A stretch of DNA of 64,000 nt from an uncultured Pseudobdellovibrionaceae bacterium. GTDB lineage: Bacteria > Bdellovibrionota > Bdellovibrionia > Bdellovibrionales > UBA1609. Below are positions 9,896 through 19,167 of the stretch, one piece after another. The stretch spans positions 128,001 to 192,000 of the forward strand of contig CAWDNU010000004.1 of NCBI GenBank assembly GCA_963803705.1. Reading direction: 5' to 3'. Position 1 is the stretch's first letter. Each line of letters opens with the position of its first letter. A program made the position numbers and the translations under genes. The notes under the pieces were generated by a model. That model was given only the letters and a program-made list of their open reading frames with translations, was not told the DNA's origin and did no database searches.

Positions 9896-11482
9896 TTAGC
9901 TTGGAACAGTAGAAAATTTAAGATCTGGATTGTCTCTTTCTAACCATTTTAAGTCCCACTCGCTATTTAGTAAAATTACAGGATTTTCTTGGTTATCTAA
10001 GTAAACATCTGTTAAACCCTTGGGCGCATCAAAGTGGGGTTTTTTATCTTGATCGAAAACCCAACGAGCTAGTTCGAATGGAAGACGTTCAAGCTTTGCT
10101 TCTAAACCGTACTCGTCTTTCAAGCGGTAAAGTAAAACTTCAAACTGCAACTCACCCAAGACCCCTAAAATTGCGTCCTGCCGACCTATAGAGGGATGGT
10201 AGAAAAACTGAATTAAACCCTCTTCTACAAGATGCTGAACGGCTTCCAGCATTTTTCGCCTCTTTAAAGGATCTTTAATATTCACTCGCCCAAAAATCTC
10301 TGGAGCAAAACGGGGGATCTGGGCAAAGGTAAATTTTTTTCCTTCGGTGACTGTGTCTCCAATCTGAAAGTTTCCAGTGTCAGTGATCCCCACGATATCT
10401 CCACTGTAGGCCACTTCGACAGTTTCACGGTCCTGAGCCATAAACTGCGTCGCATAAGACAAGCGAATGTCTCGTCCCAAGTCGGAATGATAAACTTTCA
10501 TTCCCCTATCAAATGTACCACTGCAGACTCGAATAAATGCAACCCTGTCTCTGTGTTTTCGATCCATATTGGCTTGAATTTTAAATACAAAACCCGAAAA
10601 CTTTTTATCTTTTGGGTCTAATAATCCCTCGGAGGTACGTCCTGACATCTGGTTCAGGGAGCGTTCTCACAAAAAAGATCTAAAAACAAATCCACACCCC
10701 AATTGTTTTTGGCACTGCCGAAGGTCATCGGACTTATCAATCCCTGCAAGAAATTCTTTCTTTAGAAAAAGGCGGAAGAGCACCTTCCAACAGCTCTATA
10801 GTTTCGGCAAACTGAGCATAAAGTTCGCGGCCAACCTTTTGTCTTGATAATAGGATCTTGCCAACCAGAGACTATCAATTACTTCAGGATCTTCTTCACC
10901 TTTGGTGTAAAGATATAGCTTTTTACTAAAGCGGTGATAAAGCCCCTTAAAAAGTCCACCCATGCCCAAGGGCCAAGTCACTGGATAACATGACATACCT
11001 AAGGTTTTTTCCACATCGTCGATAAGGTCTAGGGATCTATGCCCTCTCGGTCCATCTTGTTAGCAAAGGTGAAGATCGGAATTTGCCTTAGCTTACAGAC
11101 TTCGTAAAGCTTTCTGGTTTGGGCTTCTACACCTTTAGCAGAGTCAATAAGCATCGCTGTGCAGTCCGCAGCATGGAGTGTTCGGTAGGTGTCTTCACCA
11201 AAGTCTTTATGTCCTGGGGTGTCCAGATAGGTTAATTCGAAGTCCCTGATAGTCGAAGTTCATAACGCTAGAGGTGATAGAAACTCCACGTTCTTGCTCC
11301 ATGGTCATCCAGTCCGAAGTGGCTGCTTTAGTGCCCTTTTTACCTTTTACTTCGCCTGCTTCCCTAATTACCTGACCATTGTATAAAATTTTTTCAGTGA
11401 TAGTGGTTTTACCAGCATCCGGATGTGAGATAATTGCAAAGGTGCGCCGCCTAGATACTTCGTCTTCAAATTTTAAGCTCAT
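9896..11482 (-). pseudogene. prfC: Peptide chain release factor 3, interrupted by several frameshifts (probably assembly errors)
   Basis: [31 protein letters not shown], a hidden-frame segment [16 protein letters not shown]...NKMDREG (about 11040-11225), FVFKIQANMD..HRDR and GELQFEV. The frame changes near 11225, 11030 and several times between 10650 and 10880. Confidence 0.92.
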
Positions 11483-11742
11483 GGCTAGGAAAGTTACCAA
11501 GCAGACTCACAACTGTCTAGCTCGGACGCAGTTGAGGACATGGAATTCGACTGACCTGCATTTAAAAAAATCGCTGAATGGTTTCTAGTCTAGCCCATGA
11601 AAGGGCTAAACTGGCCTAAAGCACTCTTGCTCGCTCGTTAGGACTTTTCTGATTTCTAGCTCGGTTAGAGCTTCGCCCTAACCTGGAGTTTTTCTGTTCT
11701 TTTCCTTTACATGTCTAAGTTTTCACGTAAATTCAGGTTTCC

Positions 11743-11982
11743 ATGGCTGATAAAGATGATAAATACCCTGAAAATGTGAAAGGTAAGTTTTATGTAGATA
11801 GAGCTTGTATAGCTTGCGATGCGTGCGTCACCATGGCACCTGATAACTTTTCCATGGACGAAGATGATGGACATGCCTGGTTATCTAAACAACCTGAAAA
11901 TGAAGACGAAATCGAGCAGTGCCAAGAGGCTATCGAGGGTTGTCCTGTCGAGGCTATTGGCGATGATGGTAGTGATTCTTAG
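11743..11982 (+). CDS. Single-cluster ferredoxin
   Basis: CIACDAC...AP and GCPVEAI motifs; acidic 79-aa protein. Confidence 0.95.
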   Translation: MADKDDKYPENVKGKFYVDRACIACDACVTMAPDNFSMDEDDGHAWLSKQPENEDEIEQCQEAIEGCPVEAIGDDGSDS

Positions 11983-12071
11983 CTAACTAAAGACCTGAAT
12001 TTTAATTCGGTAAAAAATAGGTGTAATCAATAACACCTGGGCGCCTAGTGTTTATTATTTTTCAATTGGTT

Positions 12072-12092
12072 TACTAGGGCCTGTGGAAGATT
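12072..12092 (+). repeat. Isolated end of a GGGCCTGT-type MITE/IS repeat
   Basis: TACTAGGGCCTGTGGAAGATT is identical to 17787-17807. Confidence 0.7.
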
Positions 12093-12098
12093 TGAAAA

Positions 12099-13427
12099 TC
12101 AAAGCAGATCTAGTGGATCTTCTTTAACCAAATTCGAAAGCTCGCTCTCATCATCTTTTGCTTCAGATGGAACTTCGTGGTTCATTTCATCATTTTCTTT
12201 GACTGATTTGCCATCTTCTAAATCTTGACTCATTTTAATATCGTACTTCTGCAACCATTTTTCATCTTTAGGGTCGACAAAATCGCCCAGAATTAAAGCC
12301 TCTCTGACGCCCTCTGCACGGTCGCGGTCTCTTGATTCTTTTTGCTTACGCTTTTCCACTTCAAAAAACTCTGTCTCTGTGGAAATAACTGAAAGCTGCT
12401 CGGTTATTTTACCTAACTCTTCTTCACCTATTGAATAGCTTTGTGCTTCGAAGTTTTCCTCTAATTTACCGGCTAGCTGAGACAAAGTTGGCTTGTCATC
12501 GTCTTCACCAATGCCCTCTGGTAATAATTCTTCTATTTCAGAAAGTGAAGGAAGTTCGCTTAAGTTTCTAAGGCCAAAAATTTCTAAAAACTTTCTAGTA
12601 GTCTTATACAACATGGGCCGACCAGGAAAATCACTTTTGCCGTCAAAGGCCACAAGCCCCTTATCCATCAATGCGCGCACTAAATGACCAGACTCTACTC
12701 CTCGAACCTCGTCTACCTGTGATTTTATACAAGGTTGTTTGTAAGCTAAAATCGACAGAGTTTCTAAAGAAGGTCCGGTAAGTTTAAAAACCTTGGGTTT
12801 CAAAATCTTTTTAATAAAATCTTGGTTATCAGGCTTTGTTCGTAATTGAAAAGCACCGTCGACTTCTTCTAAGCTTACACCACGTCTTGAATTTGCGAAA
12901 TCAATTTTTAAGTCGTTAATAAGGTCTTTTATCTTTTTAGTGTCTATGTCAGTGTCTAAAAATGCACATTTAAACGTCGTAAGCCCTACAGGCCTATCTG
13001 AAATGAATAACAATGATTCTATGATTGAAATTGCTTCGTCATCTGTCAACTGAATGACTTCTGGCCGTTCTTGTTTATTTTCTTGCTCTGGTTCAGTTAA
13101 AGAGTCTTTCTTGGCATCATCAACAGGGTCGTTCGCCAAGTCGCTCACCAAACTATTCACAGATTCAAACTCTGACGTATCAAGAACTTCAGTTGATTCG
13201 TCTTCTAGAATTTCTAAGTTTTGATTTTGCTGAATTAGGGACTCGGTCAACAGATCTAAAGGATCTTTTTCTAAAGCATTTTCTGTCGCTAGGGCCTGAC
13301 TAGTTTCTGATCTTAAATTTTCTTCAGAGCTTAGATTAAAAAAATTATCTGAACTGCTACCAGATTCTATGCTTTCGGAGCCTTCATTTTTTTTCTTTTT
13401 ATCACCCATAGCTTTCTTATCACTCAT
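12099..13427 (-). CDS. scpB: SMC-Scp complex subunit ScpB with long acidic N- and C-terminal extensions
   Basis: IIESLLFISDRP, LETLSILAYKQP, VDEVRGV, GRPMLYKTT..FLEIFGL..LSELP. Confidence 0.95.
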   Translation of the reverse strand: MSDKKAMGDKKKKNEGSESIESGSSSDNFFNLSSEENLRSETSQALATENALEKDPLDLLTESLIQQNQNLEILEDESTEVLDTSEFESVNSLVSDLANDPVDDAKKDSLTEPEQENKQERPEVIQLTDDEAISIIESLLFISDRPVGLTTFKCAFLDTDIDTKKIKDLINDLKIDFANSRRGVSLEEVDGAFQLRTKPDNQDFIKKILKPKVFKLTGPSLETLSILAYKQPCIKSQVDEVRGVESGHLVRALMDKGLVAFDGKSDFPGRPMLYKTTRKFLEIFGLRNLSELPSLSEIEELLPEGIGEDDDKPTLSQLAGKLEENFEAQSYSIGEEELGKITEQLSVISTETEFFEVEKRKQKESRDRDRAEGVREALILGDFVDPKDEKWLQKYDIKMSQDLEDGKSVKENDEMNHEVPSEAKDDESELSNLVKEDPLDLL

Positions 13428-13576
13428 AAAAATGTCCGTTGGTTAAAATTTTAACTACAATTAGCCTCACGCAGAAACAACGTTTGGAGCAACAGCCACT
13501 TGTAAAACTGTGCAGTTCAATAAAACGCAGTAAATATCATACACGTGTGGCCGCCCTTCGCTTGCCGCCAGCTCAA

Positions 13577-14632
13577 TCACTGCGTCATATCGTTCGATAC
13601 ATCATCAAATCCCAAAAGCTTTTCTTCTTCTTCTATGTCTTCATCAGTGGCGGAGTCTATAATGCCATCGGTTGCCAAAAAGTCTTTGTCATCGGGGCTT
13701 GACTGCGTAAGCTCTTTCATATCCGAAAGCGCAATATCACTAGCATCTTTATCCGGCGATGCGAAGGCTATCTCGTCTTCTTCATCAAAATTCATATCTT
13801 CAGATATATCTATTCGCTTTGGATCAAAAAGGGATTTAGACTTTTCTTCAGAATCAAGTATTTCGTACTCTTCAACTTGTGAAATCACGTCCCCGTCGAT
13901 TGTGCTCATGGCTTCTAAGTGAATATCACCATAAGTTTCGCTTTGAAAAATTTTAATCAAACCTAACTTGCCTAATTCTAATAAAGACAAAAAAGTGATT
14001 AGTAGGCTAGATCGTGTCTGTTCAGGCTTTACATTTTCACTTTTTAAAATTTCAAAAAAACTAATCCATTGGCCAGGGGTTATAAATTTTCTGATTTCTA
14101 AAATTCTAGAAGCAACAGATTGCATTCGCCCACTTACCTTGTGCACCGCTGTTTTAGCTCGCTTCACTGCTTTACGGTAACTTGTAATCAAACCAAATAG
14201 AGCATTATCCTCGACCCAAATAGTACCACCAGGACCTTCTGGCATAGGTTCTTTAGCCCCTTTCGACCACACATCACGATTTAAAAGAGTTCTTTCATAC
14301 AGGTTCTGGGAAGCCTCTTTAAACATCTGGTAATCCAGTAGCTTTTGAACAAGCTCTTTCCTGGGATCTTCAACCAAGTCTTCGTCTTCTGATTGATTGT
14401 GATCCGGCAGTAGCATTCTAGACTTAATATGTATCAAAGTGGCAGCCATAGCTACAAAATCACCTGCGTTCTCAAGATCCAAGGTGCTCATGTTTTTGAT
14501 GTAAGCTAAGTATTGACCGGTTATCTGGAATATATTGATATTCATTACATCCATTTCTTCTTTGCGAATAAGAAATAGCAGTAAGCCCATGGGGCCCTCG
14601 TACTGATTTAGATGAATTGTAACACCTGACAT
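13577..14632 (-). CDS. scpA: Segregation and condensation protein ScpA with acidic tail
   Basis: YEGPMGLLLFLI, FVAMAATLIHIKSRMLLP, EDPRKELV and TFLSLLEL motifs; adjacent to scpB. Confidence 0.95.
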   Translation of the reverse strand: MSGVTIHLNQYEGPMGLLLFLIRKEEMDVMNINIFQITGQYLAYIKNMSTLDLENAGDFVAMAATLIHIKSRMLLPDHNQSEDEDLVEDPRKELVQKLLDYQMFKEASQNLYERTLLNRDVWSKGAKEPMPEGPGGTIWVEDNALFGLITSYRKAVKRAKTAVHKVSGRMQSVASRILEIRKFITPGQWISFFEILKSENVKPEQTRSSLLITFLSLLELGKLGLIKIFQSETYGDIHLEAMSTIDGDVISQVEEYEILDSEEKSKSLFDPKRIDISEDMNFDEEDEIAFASPDKDASDIALSDMKELTQSSPDDKDFLATDGIIDSATDEDIEEEEKLLGFDDVSNDMTQ

Positions 14633-14864
14633 AAAACCTACACTTAAAATAAAACAGACCAATCAGCAAAGCTTAAACCAGCCTGTATTCAACCAAGATC
14701 TTGAACCTAGGTCCAGCGTTAATTAAAAATCAGTCGCATATTTATGCAGCTTCACGCTAGAGCACTTCCCCCTGCCGCGGTATAACTTGTTTTAGATACT
14801 AAAAATGGGGAAAAACTTAAGTCTTAAACAATAAACATTTAATAAAGTGTGTAAGGAGATTTTT

Positions 14865-15482
14865 ATGAAGTATTTAAGCTTAGTTGTAGCTTTTATTGTT
14901 TGTACAAACGTTTATGCCGGTAACTCTGCTTCGCAACCTCAATCAGATTTGGTTGTTGATATTGTCGAGCTAGATTTCGACGAAGATGGTTTAATGGATA
15001 CTGCTTATTTAGCAAAGTCACCTGATATGGGAAGCGACGATTTAGACCTATGGATCAAGCTTTTTTCAGACCAAGAATTTTTTAGAGTTGAAGGGCTTAC
15101 GGCAAATATGACCGCGGGTTCGGCAGGAATGAGCAATAAGCTGCAAGTAAACCCACAAGGATCAATACAAGTTTACTCGTATAACGATGCCATCGGACGA
15201 TCTCGTTGGGCAGAAACAATCACTTTTGCCTATAGAAATAAAACTATAGTATTAGCAGGCTACACTTATTTTGAAAGAGATACGCTTGATTTAAGTTACA
15301 GTACTTGCGACCTAAATCTACTTGCCTTGAAAGGCACTTTAAAATCTTCTGACGGGGATGCAACTTTTGATATAGCTAAAAAGGATAGACTTAAACTTTA
15401 TCAAGTGAACTTTGACGCATTAAGCTCTTTATACTTGATGAACTACTGTTCAAGTTTTGATTTTAACGAATCAGATTTTTAA
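14865..15482 (+). CDS. Secreted hypothetical protein with a DxDxDG (Ca-binding-like) motif
   Basis: Signal peptide ending VYA; DFDEDGLMD; AAGGAG RBS. Confidence 0.8.
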   Translation: MKYLSLVVAFIVCTNVYAGNSASQPQSDLVVDIVELDFDEDGLMDTAYLAKSPDMGSDDLDLWIKLFSDQEFFRVEGLTANMTAGSAGMSNKLQVNPQGSIQVYSYNDAIGRSRWAETITFAYRNKTIVLAGYTYFERDTLDLSYSTCDLNLLALKGTLKSSDGDATFDIAKKDRLKLYQVNFDALSSLYLMNYCSSFDFNESDF

Positions 15483-15510
15483 TAACAGTTTTTCGTTTTC
15501 AAACTAATTC

Positions 15511-15542
15511 AAAAAGGCCAAATAATTTATGTTTGGCCTTTT
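15511..15542. terminator. Bidirectional intrinsic terminator
   Basis: AAAAGGCCAAA...TTTGGCCTTTT between convergent genes. Confidence 0.8.
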
Positions 15543-15554
15543 GTTTAAGACAGC

Positions 15555-15728
15555 TCAGTTTCTTTGAGATTCACACACACAAGTTCCAGACATAGAATCA
15601 TAATTTGGAACCTGGCCAAAGCCACCACACATTCTTGAACACTCGATACTATTTTTGGGGGCAGACGTATTTTGGCAACCTAAACTCAAAGTAGATATAA
15701 TACTTATTATAAATATAGATTTAATCAT
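15555..15728 (-). CDS. Small Cys-rich lipoprotein (57 aa)
   Basis: MIKSIFIISIISTLSLGC lipobox, then CSRMC...CVC. AAGGA RBS; 10 bp downstream of the M50 protease gene. Confidence 0.75.
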   Translation of the reverse strand: MIKSIFIISIISTLSLGCQNTSAPKNSIECSRMCGGFGQVPNYDSMSGTCVCESQRN

Positions 15729-15738
15729 AAAAAAATCC

Positions 15739-16419
15739 TTACAGTATTGCGAAGATAAAACCCCATAGGCCAATAAACAGATTTGCGGTGAACATAATAG
15801 GCTTGGAAAGAAAAGAAGCTCCCCGTCCAGAAAACCCGTCCGCAATAATCAGAAATAAAAGTACAAAACTTATCATTTGGCTATTATCTTCCAGCCAGAT
15901 GTTAATCCGCTCGGGCAAAAACCTAGCCATGATTTTTCCGCCGTCAAGCGGATGCACTGGGATTAAATTAAAAAAAGCTAAGGCTAAATTAATAATTACA
16001 AAAAATTGTAAAATGGCGTTCACCGCTTTAGCAGTTTCAAAAGACGGGTTGAACCTAGCATTCAAAGCAAATGCTAAAGCCCCTACAAACGCCAAAAAGA
16101 AATTCGAAGCTGGTCCTGCAAGCGCAATCCAAAACATATCTTTTCTAGGGTTAGACAAATTCCTAGTACTAACAGGAACAGGTTTTGCCCAACCAAAAAA
16201 GAACCCCCCTCCTGAAAGAATTGCCATCATTGGAAATAAGACAGTGCCAAACGGGTCCATATGAGAAATAGGATTTAAGGTTAAACGTCCCATAGTCTCT
16301 GCCGTGGGGTCACCTAAGCGCCTTGCCACCCAAGCATGAGCCCACTCGTGAAAACTGATTGCAAATAAGAAAGGTATAAAAATAAGAGAAACGCGCTCTG
16401 CAATTGCAAAAATATCCAT
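15739..16419 (-). CDS. Site-2 protease (peptidase M50) family
   Basis: HEWAH, GDPTA...GRLTLNP, GWAKPVP, ALAGPASN and FNLIPVHPLDG motifs. Confidence 0.95.
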   Translation of the reverse strand: MDIFAIAERVSLIFIPFLFAISFHEWAHAWVARRLGDPTAETMGRLTLNPISHMDPFGTVLFPMMAILSGGGFFFGWAKPVPVSTRNLSNPRKDMFWIALAGPASNFFLAFVGALAFALNARFNPSFETAKAVNAILQFFVIINLALAFFNLIPVHPLDGGKIMARFLPERINIWLEDNSQMISFVLLFLIIADGFSGRGASFLSKPIMFTANLFIGLWGFIFAIL

Positions 16420-16420
16420 G

Positions 16421-17581
16421 CTATAACAACTCTAGTTTAGCAATTGTTTGAAGCTGCATATTTGTTGTGCCTTCATAAATTTGACCGATCTTAGCGTCTC
16501 TGAAGTACTTTTCAGCAGGATATTCAGAGGTAAAGCCATTTCCACCAAATAGATCGATCGACATAGATGCGACTGACTCTGCAATTCGCGAAGAGTAGAG
16601 TTTCGCCATGGCAGCTTCTTTAACAAAATCTTGGCCGTTATCCTTTAATCTCGCCGCATTATAAACCAGAAGTTTTGCCGCTTCTATCTGAGTGCGCATT
16701 TCGGCTAATTGAAATTGCACGCCCTGGAAGCTAGAAATCGACTTTCCGAATTGCTCTCGGCTTACGACATAATCTTTTGCCGCTTCATAAGCCCCTTGAG
16801 CTATTCCAATCATCTGCGCACCGATACCGATGCGACCTTCATTTAAAGTTTCAATTGCAACTTTATAACCCTTACCAACTTCGCCCAAAATATTCTCTTT
16901 TGGAACTTCGCAGTTTTCAAATAAAATTTCACATGTTGAACTAGCTTTTATACCCAATTTATCTTCTTTTTTGCCAACTGAAAAACCAGGAAAATCTTTT
17001 TCAACCAAAAAGGCTGTAATGCCTTTATATCCTTTTGATGGGTCCACATTGGCAAACACTATAAATAAATTAGCTTCATTAGCATTGGTAATCCAAAGCT
17101 TATTCCCGTTTAAAATATACTTGTCGCCTTTTAGTTCTGCTTTTAATTTCAAAGCAAAAGCGTCAGAACCAGAAGAGCTTTCACTTAGCGCGTAGGCCCC
17201 AACCCATTCAGAGGCTAATTTAGGAAGGTAGCGCTCTTTCATGGCATCACTTCCCCACTTCAAAAATGCATTAGTTACTAATGTGTTTTGCACGTCTACT
17301 AATACACTGACAGATCCATCAACTTTTCCCAGCTCTTCAACAGCTAAACATGCCGAGGTGAAGGATGCGCCTAAGCCTCCGTAGTTTTCAGGTGATTCGA
17401 TACCCATTAAACCCATTTCGAAGAATTTCTTCACCAAACCAGGATCCATTTTAGCATCTTTGTCCATTTTGTGAACAAGGGGCTTTATCTCGGATGCTGC
17501 GAATTCAGCAACAGCTTGCTTAAATGCTAAATCATCTTCACTGAATTGGGTTAGAGCAGTATATTTTGAATCTGTAGACAT
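16421..17581 (-). CDS. Acyl-CoA dehydrogenase (short/branched-chain type)
   Basis: ALSESSSGSD, NGNKLWITN, KEDKLGIKAS, TLNEGRIGIGAQ, REQFGK and QIYEGT motifs. Confidence 0.96.
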   Translation of the reverse strand: MSTDSKYTALTQFSEDDLAFKQAVAEFAASEIKPLVHKMDKDAKMDPGLVKKFFEMGLMGIESPENYGGLGASFTSACLAVEELGKVDGSVSVLVDVQNTLVTNAFLKWGSDAMKERYLPKLASEWVGAYALSESSSGSDAFALKLKAELKGDKYILNGNKLWITNANEANLFIVFANVDPSKGYKGITAFLVEKDFPGFSVGKKEDKLGIKASSTCEILFENCEVPKENILGEVGKGYKVAIETLNEGRIGIGAQMIGIAQGAYEAAKDYVVSREQFGKSISSFQGVQFQLAEMRTQIEAAKLLVYNAARLKDNGQDFVKEAAMAKLYSSRIAESVASMSIDLFGGNGFTSEYPAEKYFRDAKIGQIYEGTTNMQLQTIAKLELL

Positions 17582-17789
17582 AAAAATTCTCCTTAAAATT
17601 CATTGAACATTAGTTGTAAGTCATAGTTATATTAAATATTAGGAGGAAAAGATAGGCTCTGCCCCCAAGTGAGACGTGGATTCGCCCATGCATTGAATGG
17701 TTTGTGATTATCCTGTTTCTATCGCGCAGTTTAACCTGAGTAGTCCCAATGTACTCTGGAAGCCCAACGGCGTCATAGCTACTACATAC

Positions 17790-17818
17790 TAGGGCCTGTG
17801 GAAGATTCATCTAGGTTT
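17790..17818 (+). repeat. 29-bp direct repeat, copy A
   Basis: TAGGGCCTGTGGAAGATTCATCTAGGTTT; 28/29 identical to 20694-20722. Confidence 0.85.
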
Positions 17819-17939
17819 TATCAGGGACATTTCACGGCTTTAAAAACAGATAAACAGTCCAACGATACTACCGAAAGACATATTAGATCGATGAATTTTT
17901 AGATTGATGACTAGTGTTTAAAATGAATTTCTGTAGAAA

Positions 17940-18263
17940 TTAGTCTTTAGAAGGATAATCCATAATGCTTTCTTGGCCCGAGCCAGAGAAATTGTGGTTT
18001 AGACCATAAATACTGCCAAGAGTATGCATTAAAATATTCTTAAATTGTTCTTCCTGCTCAGGAGTTAAGTCGGTAGACTTTCGCGTCATATTGCCAGCGA
18101 AGTTATGGCTAAGGCGCATCACTGCTGCAAACTGATGGACCATAAGGCTCTCTATTTGCGCTATCTGCGCGGCAGTTAAGGGCTCACCTTCGTTAAGAAC
18201 ATCTTTGTCAGCAAAAGAACTCAAGGAAAATACCGTTGCCAGTATTAAAATAAAAAATTTCAT
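17940..18263 (-). CDS. Small secreted protein with two degenerate metzincin-like H...L.HNF.G repeats
   Basis: Signal peptide ending SFA; LMVHQFAAVMRLSHNFAG and LMHTLGSIYGLNHNFSG; C-terminal SIMDYP; GGAGG RBS. Confidence 0.75.
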   Translation of the reverse strand: MKFFILILATVFSLSSFADKDVLNEGEPLTAAQIAQIESLMVHQFAAVMRLSHNFAGNMTRKSTDLTPEQEEQFKNILMHTLGSIYGLNHNFSGSGQESIMDYPSKD

Positions 18264-18511
18264 ATTTGTGCCTCCGTAATATTCATATACAAGAACCGTG
18301 CTCGTTTGAACAATGTTTTAAATGTAATAAAATTCACTAAGACAAATTCAAACTGTCTAAGTTTCGAATGAGAGCCCAAAATGGTCTTTTCTGTAGCTTT
18401 TAAGCCTTTTGAGCCTTTAAGCTTTTAACCATAAGCTATAAGCCTTAATTTTACTCATGTGTATTCAAATTAAAGCTCATATAAGCCTTTCCCTTATATT
18501 TAAAACTTTAC

Positions 18512-18543
18512 TATACGCATAAAATTGTGTATATTAATACACA
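18512..18543. promoter_or_regulatory. Probable antitoxin operator palindromes
   Basis: Perfect TGTGTAT-ATTA-ATACACA (18526-18543) overlapping an imperfect TATACGCA..TGTGTATA, directly upstream of the TA pair's RBS. Confidence 0.6.
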
Positions 18544-18558
18544 TAGAGGAGACCTTTT

Positions 18559-18807
18559 ATGTCTGCCGTTAGAATAAATATAACTCTTCCTGAAGATGTT
18601 ATCGAATTACTAAAAGACCATGCCGGCCCAAGAGAACAAAGCTCTTTTATTGCCGAGAGCGTTCGTTTGAGAGTAGAGCAGATCAAAAAAGAAAACCTGC
18701 TTCTTGAACTCAAAGTACAATACCAGGAAGCCTCAAGAGAAGCTCTAGAAATCAATAATGACTTTGATCACACCTTAAGCGACGGGCTTGATAATGAAAA
18801 TTTTTAG
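18559..18807 (+). CDS. Ribbon-helix-helix antitoxin (MazE/EndoAI-like)
   Basis: RINITLPE RHH strand, SSFIAES, acidic C-terminus; overlaps the toxin start. Confidence 0.85.
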   Translation: MSAVRINITLPEDVIELLKDHAGPREQSSFIAESVRLRVEQIKKENLLLELKVQYQEASREALEINNDFDHTLSDGLDNENF

Positions 18808-19126
18808 AGGCGATATTTTTTTAGCCCAACTTGACCCTACTGTGGGGCGTGAGATTAAAAAAACGAGGCCCGTTATTGTCGTCTCTAACAACGCTAACAA
18901 CGAGATGGCGGGTACAGTAACCGTAGTTCCGTTAACTTCTATAAACACAGACCGCATCAGACACTTTGAAACCCTGATTTTAGCTCTTGATAAGCCTTCA
19001 AAAGCTAAAGCTGATCAAGTTAGAACTCTTGATAAATCAAGACTATTTAAAAAACTTGGGCAAATCAATCAGGATGTAATAAAAGAACTTAATCATGCAT
19101 TATTGGTACATTTAGATCTTCTATAG
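18794..19126 (+). CDS. mazF: PemK/MazF family endoribonuclease toxin
   Basis: RGDIFLAQLDPTVGREIKKTRPVIVVSN, TVVPLTS and DQVRTLDKSRL motifs. Confidence 0.95.
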   Translation: MKIFRGDIFLAQLDPTVGREIKKTRPVIVVSNNANNEMAGTVTVVPLTSINTDRIRHFETLILALDKPSKAKADQVRTLDKSRLFKKLGQINQDVIKELNHALLVHLDLL

Positions 19127-19167
19127 TTTACTTTAATCATAAACTATACATTTCTCAGCGTGCAAAG

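Noticed and set aside
10650..11230. Programmed frameshifting in a release factor gene, by analogy with prfB
   Set aside because: The gene is prfC, there are several shifts rather than one, no CTT-TGA site with internal SD was seen, and similar indel clusters hit pheS/pheT.
12099..14632. Long acidic extensions on ScpA/ScpB as a novel condensin or Wadjet-like system
   Set aside because: The cores are canonical ScpA/ScpB, no JetC/JetD-like partners are adjacent, and acidic disordered tails are common in these proteins.
17655..17782. TPP riboswitch (TGAGA and AACCTGA present)
   Set aside because: Spacing and flanking helices do not fit the TPP consensus and no thiamine gene is adjacent. Kept only as an unassigned structured element.
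18395..18448. Degenerate AAGCYTTT 8-9-bp repeats upstream of the TA pair
   Set aside because: Low complexity and irregular spacing; no function can be supported.
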